The notes: a model not told the origin generated them from the sequence alone. 64,000 bases of DNA from Candidatus Egerieisoma sp. (GCA_045125595.1 JBGVNN010000054.1:74182-138181); one strand, 5' to 3'; numbered from the stretch's first letter, positions 9,665-19,679 are shown. Program-made: numbers and translations.

Positions 9665-9666
9665 TT

Positions 9667-10386
9667 ATGAGAAAAGAGTTTGATGGTGTTGTAATTGAAA
9701 ATCAGCAAGTTGTTTGCGACGCAGTAAATTGCCACAATTTAAGTATAAAAGGCATTGCAGAGTTCCGTTCTGAAATTGAAGCTGATCTTGTAGATGTTTC
9801 CGGTGAAGCGTGCTTTGAATCTTATGTCACATGTGATAAATTTACAGTAAAAAACAGATGCGTATGCAAAAACTCATTACTTACAATATCAATACGAGTA
9901 CTCGGTGCATTAGCTGTTTATGGTAAAATTAATTCAGAAACGATAATTGTCAATGGTGCTTTGAAATTCAGAGATACGCTTAGAACTGCGGCGCTTCTGA
10001 TACGTGAGGGTTCGCTTGTAAAAGGAAGTGCGAAGCTTCGGGCGCCGCAATGTACAGTTAATGGAGTTCTTAATAATTCCGGTGTTGTAATTTCTGAAAA
10101 CTTAAAAATTTCAAGTAATAAAATGTCGAGAATTCAGGAAATACGTACAGATAAGTTTAATGTAAAATTAAACGAAAATGCAAAAGAAGGTAAATTTGAA
10201 ACCGAATACTTATTGGCTTGTGATTTTGTTGATTGCTTTGAAGCAGATATAGAATATTGTAACATAGACAGATTGTATTGTGATAGCGCAATTATACGAA
10301 AAGGTTGCACTATTCATGAGGTTTTATACAGAGATAGTATTGAAATAGAGCAAGGAGCGCACGTGGAAAGGTTGTCAAGAACATGA
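9667..10386 (+). CDS. Bactofilin / polymer-forming cytoskeletal-like beta-helix protein
   Basis: Repeating (V/I)xG...(I/V)xA beta-strand pattern, Cys-rich, with a C-terminal IRKGCTIHEVLYRDSIEI ending like Bacillus YhbE/F-type proteins. Confidence 0.5.
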   Translation: MRKEFDGVVIENQQVVCDAVNCHNLSIKGIAEFRSEIEADLVDVSGEACFESYVTCDKFTVKNRCVCKNSLLTISIRVLGALAVYGKINSETIIVNGALKFRDTLRTAALLIREGSLVKGSAKLRAPQCTVNGVLNNSGVVISENLKISSNKMSRIQEIRTDKFNVKLNENAKEGKFETEYLLACDFVDCFEADIEYCNIDRLYCDSAIIRKGCTIHEVLYRDSIEIEQGAHVERLSRT

Positions 10387-12479
10387 ATAAAAGAAGTATT
10401 TTTTACATCTCTATATGTATTGTGTTGGCGATTGCTGTTGCTGTCATTCTTTTTGTTAAGTTTGATGACAAAAAAGCTGAATACATTAATATAGTTGAAA
10501 TGAATTTTAATGACCCGCAAAGTAAATATTTCGGATTAAAAACAGACAGTTATGGTCAAAATAAGGCGGAGTTTAAATATCTTGAAAAGGGCGGTATGGA
10601 TGATAGCGGATGCATAACAATATCTGTTCCGGGAGAAGATGATGATGCTCGTTTTAGTTATACTTATAATAAAGCGTTGGAAAACACATATTATAGAATG
10701 AGTGCATGGGTAAAAACAGTTGGTGTCGGACTTGGAGATACCGCAGTAGGTGCCAATGTTTCCGTGTTAAATACATTTGAACATTCTGCGGATTTTAAAG
10801 GTGATACAGATTGGACTTATATAGAGTATTATGGTAAAACTGCCAAAAACCAAACATCGTTTACAGTTTGCTTGAGACTTGGATTTTATAGTGCTACTAA
10901 TACGGGTACTGTTTATTTTGATGATTTTAAGCTTGAACAGTTGAGCGAATTGCCGGCAGGTGCTTCGTGTTCGTCTATGGAAGAGACTCTTAACGGCGGA
11001 TCATCTTCTGGAATTGTCGCACATCCAAGACATTCGGATACTATGTTGACTGCTACAATAATGCTTGGTGTGCTTTTTGCGTATCTGATTGTGGCGTACA
11101 GATATGCATGCATTAGAGAAAACCGAAATGTTGAACAAAGAGGGTTGAATGTACATTTCTCCGTTTTAAATTTGATAATAGTTGCATTCTCTTTAAGAGT
11201 AGTAATGTCAGTTGCAATGCCACAGTGTGATATAGATGTAAATCTTTTCCAATATTGGGCAAATACGGCGGCTGATAAAGGTATACTTAATTTCTATTCG
11301 TATGCAGAACAGATAAACTTGGACTATCCTCCGTTGTTTATGTATTATTTGTATTTTATGGGATTGGTTGGTAAATTTTTAGGTATTACAGGATCAATGG
11401 CATACGATATGCTTCTTAAAATGCCGTCAATGGTTGCAGATTGCGCTATTGCATATATAGTTTACAAGATTGCTCATAAGCGTATGAGTAAAAATTGGAC
11501 GATGTTTGTTGTTGCAATTTGGCTTTTTAACCCTGTAGTTCTTCTTGATTCTGCTTGTTGGGGACAAGTTGACTCGATATTGGCTTTGGCAATCTTGCTC
11601 AGTGCATATTATATTGAAAAAGAAAAGTATGAAATATCAGCAATTGCGATAGCATTTGCAATTACTTTGAAACCGCAAGGTATTTTCTTTGTGCCGATAT
11701 TGGGGTACGCTCTTTTAAGACAGTTGATATACAAGAAAGAAATATCTCTTGCAAAAAGATTACTTAGATTTGTATACAGTATAGCTGCATTCTTGGTTAC
11801 AGCAATTCTTATAGTATTGCCTTTCGGCATAAAAATGGAAGGCAATTTGTTTAGTTGGATATTCGGCTTGTATGTTAATACAGCGGGAGGTTACACTTAT
11901 GCTACTGTAAATTCATTTAACTTCCCATATTTATTGGGATTGAACTGGGTTAATGACAGTAAAGTTGTTATGGGATTATCCTACTTTGCTTGGGGAATGA
12001 TTGCTGTTGTTTTGATCTGTCTTTTGACAGGTTTCTTATATTTGATTGGAAAGAAAAACAAACTTAATATTTATTTGCTTGCAGGAATGTGTATTTATGC
12101 AGTGACACAATTTGCTCCTCGAATGCATGAAAGGTATTTTTATCCTGCGGTAATATTGATACTAATAGCGGTGATATATTCTAATAATAAAGTTATGCTG
12201 GGCATTTATGCGTTGCTCTCGGTATCAAATTTCTATACGGTACTTGAAGTGATGACCGGACTGTCAATAGGCTCTGAACTAATTAATACCGATCGTGCTA
12301 CTGCTGCGTATTATTATTGGCCGCCGCTTAACACGCAAAGAACCGCAATGGCAATTGTTAATGTGCTTTGCGCAGTTGCACTTGTAGTAATTTCTTGTAT
12401 AATGACGTTTAATAAAGATAGAACTTTCGGCATGAAAATTTGGAAAGAAATTGGTGATGAAGATGAAAATAAAGAGTAA
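10383..12479 (+). CDS. GT-C membrane glycosyltransferase (GT87/ALG-like) with an N-terminal extracellular carbohydrate-binding-like domain
   Basis: N-terminal TM helix, jelly-roll-like domain (YRMSAWVKT...VYFDDFKLE), then a polytopic region with DYPP, LLK, NP, WGQVDS, KPQ and MHERY motifs. Confidence 0.75.
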   Translation: MNKRSIFYISICIVLAIAVAVILFVKFDDKKAEYINIVEMNFNDPQSKYFGLKTDSYGQNKAEFKYLEKGGMDDSGCITISVPGEDDDARFSYTYNKALENTYYRMSAWVKTVGVGLGDTAVGANVSVLNTFEHSADFKGDTDWTYIEYYGKTAKNQTSFTVCLRLGFYSATNTGTVYFDDFKLEQLSELPAGASCSSMEETLNGGSSSGIVAHPRHSDTMLTATIMLGVLFAYLIVAYRYACIRENRNVEQRGLNVHFSVLNLIIVAFSLRVVMSVAMPQCDIDVNLFQYWANTAADKGILNFYSYAEQINLDYPPLFMYYLYFMGLVGKFLGITGSMAYDMLLKMPSMVADCAIAYIVYKIAHKRMSKNWTMFVVAIWLFNPVVLLDSACWGQVDSILALAILLSAYYIEKEKYEISAIAIAFAITLKPQGIFFVPILGYALLRQLIYKKEISLAKRLLRFVYSIAAFLVTAILIVLPFGIKMEGNLFSWIFGLYVNTAGGYTYATVNSFNFPYLLGLNWVNDSKVVMGLSYFAWGMIAVVLICLLTGFLYLIGKKNKLNIYLLAGMCIYAVTQFAPRMHERYFYPAVILILIAVIYSNNKVMLGIYALLSVSNFYTVLEVMTGLSIGSELINTDRATAAYYYWPPLNTQRTAMAIVNVLCAVALVVISCIMTFNKDRTFGMKIWKEIGDEDENKE

Positions 12480-14955
12480 AATATGTACAGTTTTTTTGAT
12501 AATTTTAATATTAGTGTTGTCTTTGACAGCTTGCTCATCAAGTGAGGGCTTGATTTCTAACTCTGGTTTTGAGAAGGGTAGTGGTACTTCAATCAATGGT
12601 TGGAAGCAGTATGATTATCACAAAGACTATGAAAATGATTCTTCTCGCACTAAGTTTTCACTGGTTGATATGGGTTTTGATGGACAATGTTTGAAAATTG
12701 AAACTGTAGGAGGTAATGATGCAAGAATTTACCAAGAAATTTCCGTGGAGGGAAGTTCAAAATATAAAGTTCAGTTTGATGCATTGTACCAGAACATAGA
12801 TCCAGTTGAAGGAGAACGAGGTGCCGGTCTTAATATATCAACAAAAGAGGGCTCGCAAAGAACAGGTGGTTTGTATGGTTCGGTTGATTCTTGGCAGACA
12901 ATTACAGCTTATTTTAAGACGGAAAAAAGGCAAGAATCAGTGGAACTTACAATCGGCATAGGTGGTTATAGTGCTGAATCTTCGGGTGTTGTTTATATTG
13001 ATAATGTAAAAGTAGAAAAGGTTAACAGTATTCCGGAGGGTGAGAGTGTTTTTGAAGCTAAGGGAAAAGTGGATACAAGCGCAGTATGGTGGATGAAAGC
13101 AATTTTTGTTATTCTTGCATTGGGTACAATACTTTTTGTGTTTTTTGTATGTACAAAGGCTGATAAAGAAAATGCAGAAAATTCAAATCCGCTTTCACAG
13201 ACAAATCCACGCCTCGGCAAGAAAGATTTGATAGTTTTACTTGTGATGGTAATTTTGTGTTCGGTTATGTCTTTTTGGGATTTAGGTAATGCATATGGAC
13301 CTGAGAATTTCTGGAAGGCACATGAAGTGGGTGAGTATGTAGTTGTCGAGTTTGATAAAGAAACAGAAGTTTCAAGAATTGCCTGTTTGAATAACAGACC
13401 CACAAAAGGTTCATATACTATGTATTATGAAAACGGTGATGGTACAGGTGATTATGTTACGCTTCAATCACTCAAAAAAGGAACTTTCTTCGAGTGGGAA
13501 TTTACGGATAAGACTTTTAAAACCAAAAGAGTCAAAATTATCGCAGATGCACCGGGTCTGGCAATTAATGAAATTGGATTTTTCAGCAAAAATGATGCTA
13601 ATGGATATGATAGAGTAAACCTCAAAGTGGTAGATGTTTCGTACAACAAAGAGCTTAATAAGGATAGTAATCCCGGAATGCTTTTTGATGAACAAAAGTA
13701 TGTTGAACCATATAGCTCGTATAGAAGCTCTACTTACTTTGATGAGATCTATTTCCCGCGTACTGCATATGAAAGCATAAACGGAGACAATATATATGAA
13801 ATAACACATCCGCCTATGGGTAAGAATATTATGGCTTTGGGTATCCAAATATTCGGAATGAATCCTTTTGGTTGGAGATTTATGGGTACACTTTTTGGTG
13901 TGGCGCTTGTGCCGATGATGTATTTGCTCGGTTTGAAGTTGTTTAAAAAGAGAACATATGCTTTTGCAGCTGCGTTCTTGATGATGTTTGACTTTATGCG
14001 TTTGGCACAAACAAGGCTTGCCACAATTGATTCGTATTCAGCATTTTTCATAATTTGCATGTATTATTTCATGTATGATTATTTTACCCAAAAATCATAT
14101 GAAAAGAAGAGCTTCTTGAAATCTTTGGTGCCGCTTCTTTTGTGCGGAATAATGTTTGGCCTTGGTGCGGCTACAAAGTGGGTATGTATTTATACGGGCG
14201 TTGGTCTTGCTTTCTTGTTCTTTATGGCAAAGTATCTTGAGTTTAATGATGTTTTGCAGGGCAGAGTTATTAAGCATACAAAGGCAACATGGTTTGTTGA
14301 AAACATGCTCCCTACATGTTGCGCTTGTGTAATATTCTTTATTGCTATACCATTAATTATTTATACTTTGTCATATGTGCCATATATGGCGTCTTCTGAT
14401 AAGAGTTTGTTTGATATAGTAGTAGATAATCAGGAATATATGTTTAATTATCACTCAGAGCTTACTTCGGATCATCCTTACGGTTCACCATGGTATACTT
14501 GGCCTATTATGGGAAGACCTATTTATTATTATTCAGGTTCTGCCGCTAATTTGCCGGCAGGAATGGCAACCTCGATTGTTTCTTTGGGAAATCCGCTCGT
14601 TTGGTGGACAGGTCTTGCTTGTATTTTCCCGGCAGGATTTTATGCATGGAAAAAACGAGATAAAGGTATGATGATGGCTTTCGTTGGTTTTGCTGTACAA
14701 TTCTTACCATGGGTACTCGTAACAAGAGTTTGCTTTATATACCATTACTTTACAGCAGTACCGTTTATAATATTTATGATAGTATATGTTATTAAAAATC
14801 TTGTAGAAGATGGTATTATAAGTAAAAAAGTTATGTGGATTTATTTGGCTCTTGTTTTTGTGCTGTTTGTTATCTTCTATCCGGTATTGACAGCTCGTGA
14901 GGTTTCAAGAGAGTATATAAATAATCTCAGATGGTTCAGTACTTGGAGCTTCTGA
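12463..14955 (+). CDS. Protein O-mannosyltransferase (GT39/PMT family) with extracellular CBM-like and discoidin-like domains
   Basis: YFDEIY...HPPMGK, PFGWR, R.ATID, ATKW, HPYGSPWYTWP, GNPLVWW, FIYHY; lipobox-like LTAC near the N-terminus. Confidence 0.8.
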   Translation: MKIKSKICTVFLIILILVLSLTACSSSEGLISNSGFEKGSGTSINGWKQYDYHKDYENDSSRTKFSLVDMGFDGQCLKIETVGGNDARIYQEISVEGSSKYKVQFDALYQNIDPVEGERGAGLNISTKEGSQRTGGLYGSVDSWQTITAYFKTEKRQESVELTIGIGGYSAESSGVVYIDNVKVEKVNSIPEGESVFEAKGKVDTSAVWWMKAIFVILALGTILFVFFVCTKADKENAENSNPLSQTNPRLGKKDLIVLLVMVILCSVMSFWDLGNAYGPENFWKAHEVGEYVVVEFDKETEVSRIACLNNRPTKGSYTMYYENGDGTGDYVTLQSLKKGTFFEWEFTDKTFKTKRVKIIADAPGLAINEIGFFSKNDANGYDRVNLKVVDVSYNKELNKDSNPGMLFDEQKYVEPYSSYRSSTYFDEIYFPRTAYESINGDNIYEITHPPMGKNIMALGIQIFGMNPFGWRFMGTLFGVALVPMMYLLGLKLFKKRTYAFAAAFLMMFDFMRLAQTRLATIDSYSAFFIICMYYFMYDYFTQKSYEKKSFLKSLVPLLLCGIMFGLGAATKWVCIYTGVGLAFLFFMAKYLEFNDVLQGRVIKHTKATWFVENMLPTCCACVIFFIAIPLIIYTLSYVPYMASSDKSLFDIVVDNQEYMFNYHSELTSDHPYGSPWYTWPIMGRPIYYYSGSAANLPAGMATSIVSLGNPLVWWTGLACIFPAGFYAWKKRDKGMMMAFVGFAVQFLPWVLVTRVCFIYHYFTAVPFIIFMIVYVIKNLVEDGIISKKVMWIYLALVFVLFVIFYPVLTAREVSREYINNLRWFSTWSF

Positions 14956-14976
14956 TAATAAAGGTCGGTAAATTTT

Positions 14977-15723
14977 ATGGTCGAATTTGATAAAATAGGT
15001 AAAGATAAATTAAGAAGATTGTTAAGCTTGACGCGTAAGGCTGTACAAGATTATGATTTAATTAAAGAAGGGGATCGTGTTTGCGTTGGCGTATCAGGGG
15101 GCAAAGACAGTCTTGCTTTGCTTACTTCATTAGCGAATCTTCGACGATTTTATCCGAAAAGCTTTGAGCTTCAAGCTGTGACTGTTTCGCTTGGATTTGA
15201 AGGAATGGATTTTTCAGAAGTTGCGGCTTATTGTGAGGCTCTTGAGGTGCCTTATAAAGTTATCGAATCTGATATAGCAGAAATTGTTTTTAATATCCGC
15301 AAAGAGCAAAACCCTTGTGCTCTTTGCGCCAATTTAAGGCGCGGAGCGTTGAATGATCATGCCGGACGTTTGGGTTGCAATGTTGTTGCGTTAGGTCATC
15401 ATAAAGATGATGTTATAGAAACTTCTTTATTATCATTATTTTACGAAGGCCGTTTCTATTGCTTTGCGCCTGATACTTGGCTTGAACGTGCACAAGTAAG
15501 GGTTATTCGCCCTTTTTTGTATGTAGAGGAAAGTGATGTGCGTCAATTTGCAAAAGCTGCGAATGTACCTGTTGTACATAATCCTTGTCCAATGGACAGA
15601 GCAGGAAGCCGAGCGGAAATAAAGGAACTTATACGTACTTTAGAAAAAGATAATAAATTTTTGCGTTCAAACATATTTGGCGCAGTTAAAAGGGATATTT
15701 GGGACAAGCAGACAAATCAATAA
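14977..15723 (+). CDS. ttcA: tRNA 2-thiocytidine biosynthesis TtcA family protein
   Basis: PP-loop SGGKDS, PCALCANLRRG, LGHHKDD, IRP, NPCP. Confidence 0.85.
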   Translation: MVEFDKIGKDKLRRLLSLTRKAVQDYDLIKEGDRVCVGVSGGKDSLALLTSLANLRRFYPKSFELQAVTVSLGFEGMDFSEVAAYCEALEVPYKVIESDIAEIVFNIRKEQNPCALCANLRRGALNDHAGRLGCNVVALGHHKDDVIETSLLSLFYEGRFYCFAPDTWLERAQVRVIRPFLYVEESDVRQFAKAANVPVVHNPCPMDRAGSRAEIKELIRTLEKDNKFLRSNIFGAVKRDIWDKQTNQ

Positions 15724-15727
15724 ATCA

Positions 15728-16663
15728 TTATTTCATAGAGTTTTTTAATGTTTCTAAATTATCTCTCATAAGAGAAACATAAGTCACGCCTTTTGAAATT
15801 TGATCCTTTGAAACATTGTGACAAGTATGAAAAAGAGCGGTAGAAGCGCCTGTGGCTTCAGCTAAAGTATCGGCAATATTATGATTTGAAAATTCAATGT
15901 AGTAGACAGTGGAAATTTTTTCACTGTCTATTTTTTGTATTAAGTTTGCGATTGTTGTTGCTCCCGGTTCGGAATGATCGGCGCAACCGGGAAATGCTGC
16001 ATAATACCTTATATCATATTCATTTGCAAAATATACTAATGGAAATCTGTCTCCGAAAACCATTGTTTTATTCTTGACAGTATCGAAAAAATCACGGAAA
16101 TTACTATCTAAAGTAGTTATTTCTTTAATATATTCATTTGCGTTATTTTCATAAAAATTTGCGTTTTCTAGATCGAAATCAGTAAGTTTATCTTTGATTT
16201 TAGTAATAATCTGAATGGCATTGACCGGGGAAGTCCAAACATGTTCGTCGAATTCATCATGTGCGTGTTCATCAAAGTGTGCGTATGAATTTCCGACCGG
16301 AAGTAATGATACACATTCTGTCATTTTGAGTGTACGCACTTTGCTGTCCAATGAATTTAAAATTTTATCTACCCAAACGTCTGATTCTCCACCGGTGTAA
16401 ATGAAAAGATCGCAATTTTGTATCTTAATAATGTCTTGCGCTGTTGGTTCGTATGAGTGACTTTCTGCTCCGGCAGGCAACAACATTGTGACTTCTGCTG
16501 CATCCTTGCAAACATGCGAGGCAAAATCATATGCCGGAAAATTAGTTGTAACCACGGAAGTCTTTCCGCTATCAGAAAAAGTTTTGTCACAAGCAGAATA
16601 TACAAAAAGAAGTGTGAAACTAAAAATAACTACAAATGTTTTTTTTATAAAAGAAAAAGTCAA
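15728..16663 (-). CDS. Zn/Mn ABC transporter substrate-binding lipoprotein (ZnuA/AdcA family)
   Basis: Lipobox YSAC, ESHSYEP, His-rich loop, DEHVWTSP; AAGGAGG RBS before the TTG start. Confidence 0.88.
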   Translation of the reverse strand: MTFSFIKKTFVVIFSFTLLFVYSACDKTFSDSGKTSVVTTNFPAYDFASHVCKDAAEVTMLLPAGAESHSYEPTAQDIIKIQNCDLFIYTGGESDVWVDKILNSLDSKVRTLKMTECVSLLPVGNSYAHFDEHAHDEFDEHVWTSPVNAIQIITKIKDKLTDFDLENANFYENNANEYIKEITTLDSNFRDFFDTVKNKTMVFGDRFPLVYFANEYDIRYYAAFPGCADHSEPGATTIANLIQKIDSEKISTVYYIEFSNHNIADTLAEATGASTALFHTCHNVSKDQISKGVTYVSLMRDNLETLKNSMK

Positions 16664-16745
16664 TGCCGGCGCCTCCTTAAATCGCAGTTATTTTACTATG
16701 AAAGTAAACCAAAAGCAAGAGTAGTACTATTTTAAAGCTTACTAG

Positions 16746-16777
16746 TTTTGCGCAAAACTAATGTGTAAGGCGCAAAA
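16746..16777. repeat. Spaced inverted repeat TTTTGCG-N18-CGCAAAA (copy 1 of a pair)
   Basis: ttttgcg caaaactaatgtgtaagg cgcaaaa. Confidence 0.9.
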
Positions 16778-16839
16778 CTCAATCAATAAAATTTGAGAAG
16801 TGGGGGAAAAGAAGTTTTGGCTTTTTGTGGCATGTTTCG

Positions 16840-16871
16840 TTTTGCGCACGAAGATGGCAATTGGCGCAAAA
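16840..16871. repeat. Spaced inverted repeat TTTTGCG-N18-CGCAAAA (copy 2 of a pair, 94 bp after copy 1)
   Basis: ttttgcg cacgaagatggcaattgg cgcaaaa, just upstream of the spoIIID promoter. Confidence 0.9.
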
Positions 16872-16889
16872 CTCAGCGGTTGTCAAAAG

Positions 16890-16918
16890 GCATATTTTGA
16901 GCATGTACGACATAGAGT
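16890..16918 (+). promoter_or_regulatory. Putative sigma-E promoter of spoIIID
   Basis: GCATATT (-35)...CATAGAGT (-10) fits ATa-N16-cATAcanT; spoIIID is sigma-E dependent in Bacillus and Clostridium. Confidence 0.6.
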
Positions 16919-16953
16919 TTAAATGAAAGTTAAACCAATAAGGGGTTTTATTA

Positions 16954-17241
16954 ATGTTGGTAATCAGAGATTATATAGAAAACCGCGTTTTTGAAATTGC
17001 AAAATATATTTTAGATACAAATTGTACGGTAAGAGCAGCAGCAAAAAAATTCGAAGTCAGTAAATCCACGGTACATAAAGATTTAGTTGAGCGGTTACCG
17101 CAACTTAGTCAATCTTTGGCTGATGATGTGAGAAAAATACTCGACGAAAATAAGGCCGAACGCCACATTCGTGGCGGTTTGGCTACTAAAGCAAAATATG
17201 AAGCTGAAAGAATAAGGGAAAGAAAAAAACTAAATTTTTAA
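16954..17241 (+). CDS. spoIIID: Sporulation transcriptional regulator SpoIIID
   Basis: TVRAAAKKFEVSKSTVHKDL..RL, NKAERHIRGGLATK.KY. Confidence 0.97.
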   Translation: MLVIRDYIENRVFEIAKYILDTNCTVRAAAKKFEVSKSTVHKDLVERLPQLSQSLADDVRKILDENKAERHIRGGLATKAKYEAERIRERKKLNF

Positions 17242-18498
17242 TCGATTAATAATTCTTTCTGCGGTTAAATCGGGAATATCACATGCCACATCGAAGTCTT
17301 TCCAAGCATTGTAAATAGGAAGACGCTCTTGCTCAAGCTTTTCGAGGCTGCAAGACAGAGAAATAGGACGCCCGTCAGTGGCTAGTTCGTTTAAAGGACG
17401 TTTTAACATGACAACAATACCATTTTGACTCATAAGAGGACGATTTTCTGGGTTCTTGATAACACCTCCGCCCGTGGCTATTACGAGGCCGCTTTTGCGC
17501 GCAAATTCATCAAGAACTTCACTTTCTATTTTACGGAAAGCCGGTTCACCTTTTTGGGCGAAGAAGTCGCAAATACTCATTTGAATTCTTTTTTCGATTT
17601 CAAAGTCGATATCAACAAATTCGCGAGAAAGTTTTGTGGCAAGAAGAGCACCTATGGTGCTTTTTCCGCAGCCGGGCATGCCGATGAGTACAATGTTTTT
17701 GGTTTGCATTTCGATTTGCGCCGTTATACTATCGATTGACGCAAAACTCTTTGTGCTTTCAAGGCCATCTGTTGTGATTGTTTCTGTGAAAATTTCACAC
17801 GCTTGCTTTGCTTGAGCAACAAGCATAGGCAAGCCGTTAATAAAAGGTATGCCTAACCTTTCTGCATCTAACAAAAGTTTTGTTTTTGCCGGATTGAAAA
17901 TAATATCGATAACACCTTTGCAAGATGAAAATTTTTCAAGTTCAACAGCAGAAGTGCCATTTTTAGGAAACATTCCTAAAGGAGTTGTGTTAACGATAAA
18001 ACTTGCGTCACTGTGACGCTCGTAAACATTATGGTAGTTATCGTCTCCGCTACGAGAAATTACGACAACTTCAGGACAGCCTAAATCACGCAATGCAGTG
18101 CATGCCATTACAGAACTGCCTCCACTGCCTAAAACAAGCGTTTTTCTTTCAGAAACATTAAAATTGGCTTTTTTTACCAAATAAGTAAAACCGAAATAAT
18201 CAGTGTTATAACCATAAAGCTTTCCGTTTCGGCGAACGACTGTGTTCACACTGCCGATTTTGGCAGCGGTATCAGAAACTTTATCGCAAACAGAAAATGC
18301 AAGTTTTTTATAAGGAATTGTAACATTGATACCATCAAAGTCGCCTGAGCGAAGAAATTCTTCAGCCAAATCAGGTGATTTTTCAAATAAAGTATAGTTG
18401 TAATCAGAAAAATAACCGTGAATTTGCGGCGAAAAGCTGTGCCCAAGCTTTTCGCCTAAAAGTCCGCTTTTAAAATTGCCAAAACCGCATAATTTCAT
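17230..18498 (-). CDS. aroE: Shikimate dehydrogenase-shikimate kinase fusion (AroE-AroK)
   Basis: HSFSP, NVTIPYK, NTDYFG, NTTPLGM (AroE), then GMPGCGKST, FR..E, ATGGG, RP (AroK). Confidence 0.92.
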   Translation of the reverse strand: MKLCGFGNFKSGLLGEKLGHSFSPQIHGYFSDYNYTLFEKSPDLAEEFLRSGDFDGINVTIPYKKLAFSVCDKVSDTAAKIGSVNTVVRRNGKLYGYNTDYFGFTYLVKKANFNVSERKTLVLGSGGSSVMACTALRDLGCPEVVVISRSGDDNYHNVYERHSDASFIVNTTPLGMFPKNGTSAVELEKFSSCKGVIDIIFNPAKTKLLLDAERLGIPFINGLPMLVAQAKQACEIFTETITTDGLESTKSFASIDSITAQIEMQTKNIVLIGMPGCGKSTIGALLATKLSREFVDIDFEIEKRIQMSICDFFAQKGEPAFRKIESEVLDEFARKSGLVIATGGGVIKNPENRPLMSQNGIVVMLKRPLNELATDGRPISLSCSLEKLEQERLPIYNAWKDFDVACDIPDLTAERIINRLKI

Positions 18499-18530
18499 AA
18501 TGTAAACCTCGAAAAATCAAAAGTAATTTG

Positions 18531-19679
18531 TTAAATCATCTCAGAATAGCTGCCGAGATAACGGAATTCTTCACATAAACTATCTAATTCGCAAATGAGC
18601 TGAATGAATTCATCTGAGTAAACAGGTGTGTCAAGATCAAAATAAAACATGAACTCAAAATCGCGATCGGGAATGGGTCGGCTTTCCAATTTTACCAAGT
18701 TTATGCCCAAAGCGTAAAAACGGGCAAGCACTCTGTAAAGAGAACCCGGTTTGTGAGATATAATCATCATAAGACTAGTCCTGTCTGCACCGGGATAAAT
18801 CTCAAGATTTTTAGAAATACAAATAAAACGAGTATAATTATTGCCTTTGTCTTGCACAGAAGAAGCCAAACAATCAAGTCCGTACAACGGAGCACATGAA
18901 CGAGATGAAATAGCAGCTACATCGTCACGGTCAGACTCGGCAACCATTTTAGCTGCAACTGCAGTATTTTCAACGACTGTAACTTTAACATTGCCAAGTG
19001 AATTTATATAATTAGTACATTGAGCCAAGGCATGTTCGTGAGAGAATATTTCACGAACTTTTCGTATATCAGTACCTTTTTTTGCCAAAAGGTTGTGGTC
19101 AACTTTAACGCGCACGCTGCGAACAATGTTGAAATTATAATACATCATCAAATCGTAAATTTGCTTAACAGAACCCGATGTACTGTTTTCGATAGGGAGT
19201 ACGCCGTAGTCACATAAACCTTTATCAATTGATGCAAAAATACTTGCAAAGTTATTAAAATACATTATCCTGGGTATTTGGAAAAGTTTCTCACAAGCAT
19301 GCTGTGAGTACGCCCCTTCAACGCCTTGACAAGCCACTGTTGCGCAAGGAGGGAAGAGCTTGCTCGTATTATCTATGGCCTGAGAAATCTTGCTTTTTAA
19401 ATCTGAAGTAGGATAAAGAATTCTGTCCTGATATGAGCGACTGAGCTCAAATAAAAGAGAATAAAGCACACTTGTATAAGACTTAAAATCATCCTCGGAT
19501 TTTTGTATTAAATCGCTTAATTTTTCACGTTCACGCATTACATCCAAAACAGGCAACTTGTTAGCCTTTTTGTACTCGCCGATTGACGAAGCAATTTTCA
19601 TACGCTCTTGAAATAAACGGATTATATCATTGTCGACGGCGTCGATACGTTCTCTTAAATCTTGTAAATTGTTATTCAT
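18531..19679 (-). CDS. pheA: Chorismate mutase / prephenate dehydratase
   Basis: LRERIDAVD (CM domain), QGVEGAYS, PIENS, NYTRF, ACT domain with LESRP. Confidence 0.93.
   Translation of the reverse strand: MNNNLQDLRERIDAVDNDIIRLFQERMKIASSIGEYKKANKLPVLDVMREREKLSDLIQKSEDDFKSYTSVLYSLLFELSRSYQDRILYPTSDLKSKISQAIDNTSKLFPPCATVACQGVEGAYSQHACEKLFQIPRIMYFNNFASIFASIDKGLCDYGVLPIENSTSGSVKQIYDLMMYYNFNIVRSVRVKVDHNLLAKKGTDIRKVREIFSHEHALAQCTNYINSLGNVKVTVVENTAVAAKMVAESDRDDVAAISSRSCAPLYGLDCLASSVQDKGNNYTRFICISKNLEIYPGADRTSLMMIISHKPGSLYRVLARFYALGINLVKLESRPIPDRDFEFMFYFDLDTPVYSDEFIQLICELDSLCEEFRYLGSYSEMI

Noticed and set aside
16678-16700. Zur box upstream of the Zn-binding lipoprotein
   Set aside because: Only a partial half-site (AAATCGCAGT) with no matching inverted half.
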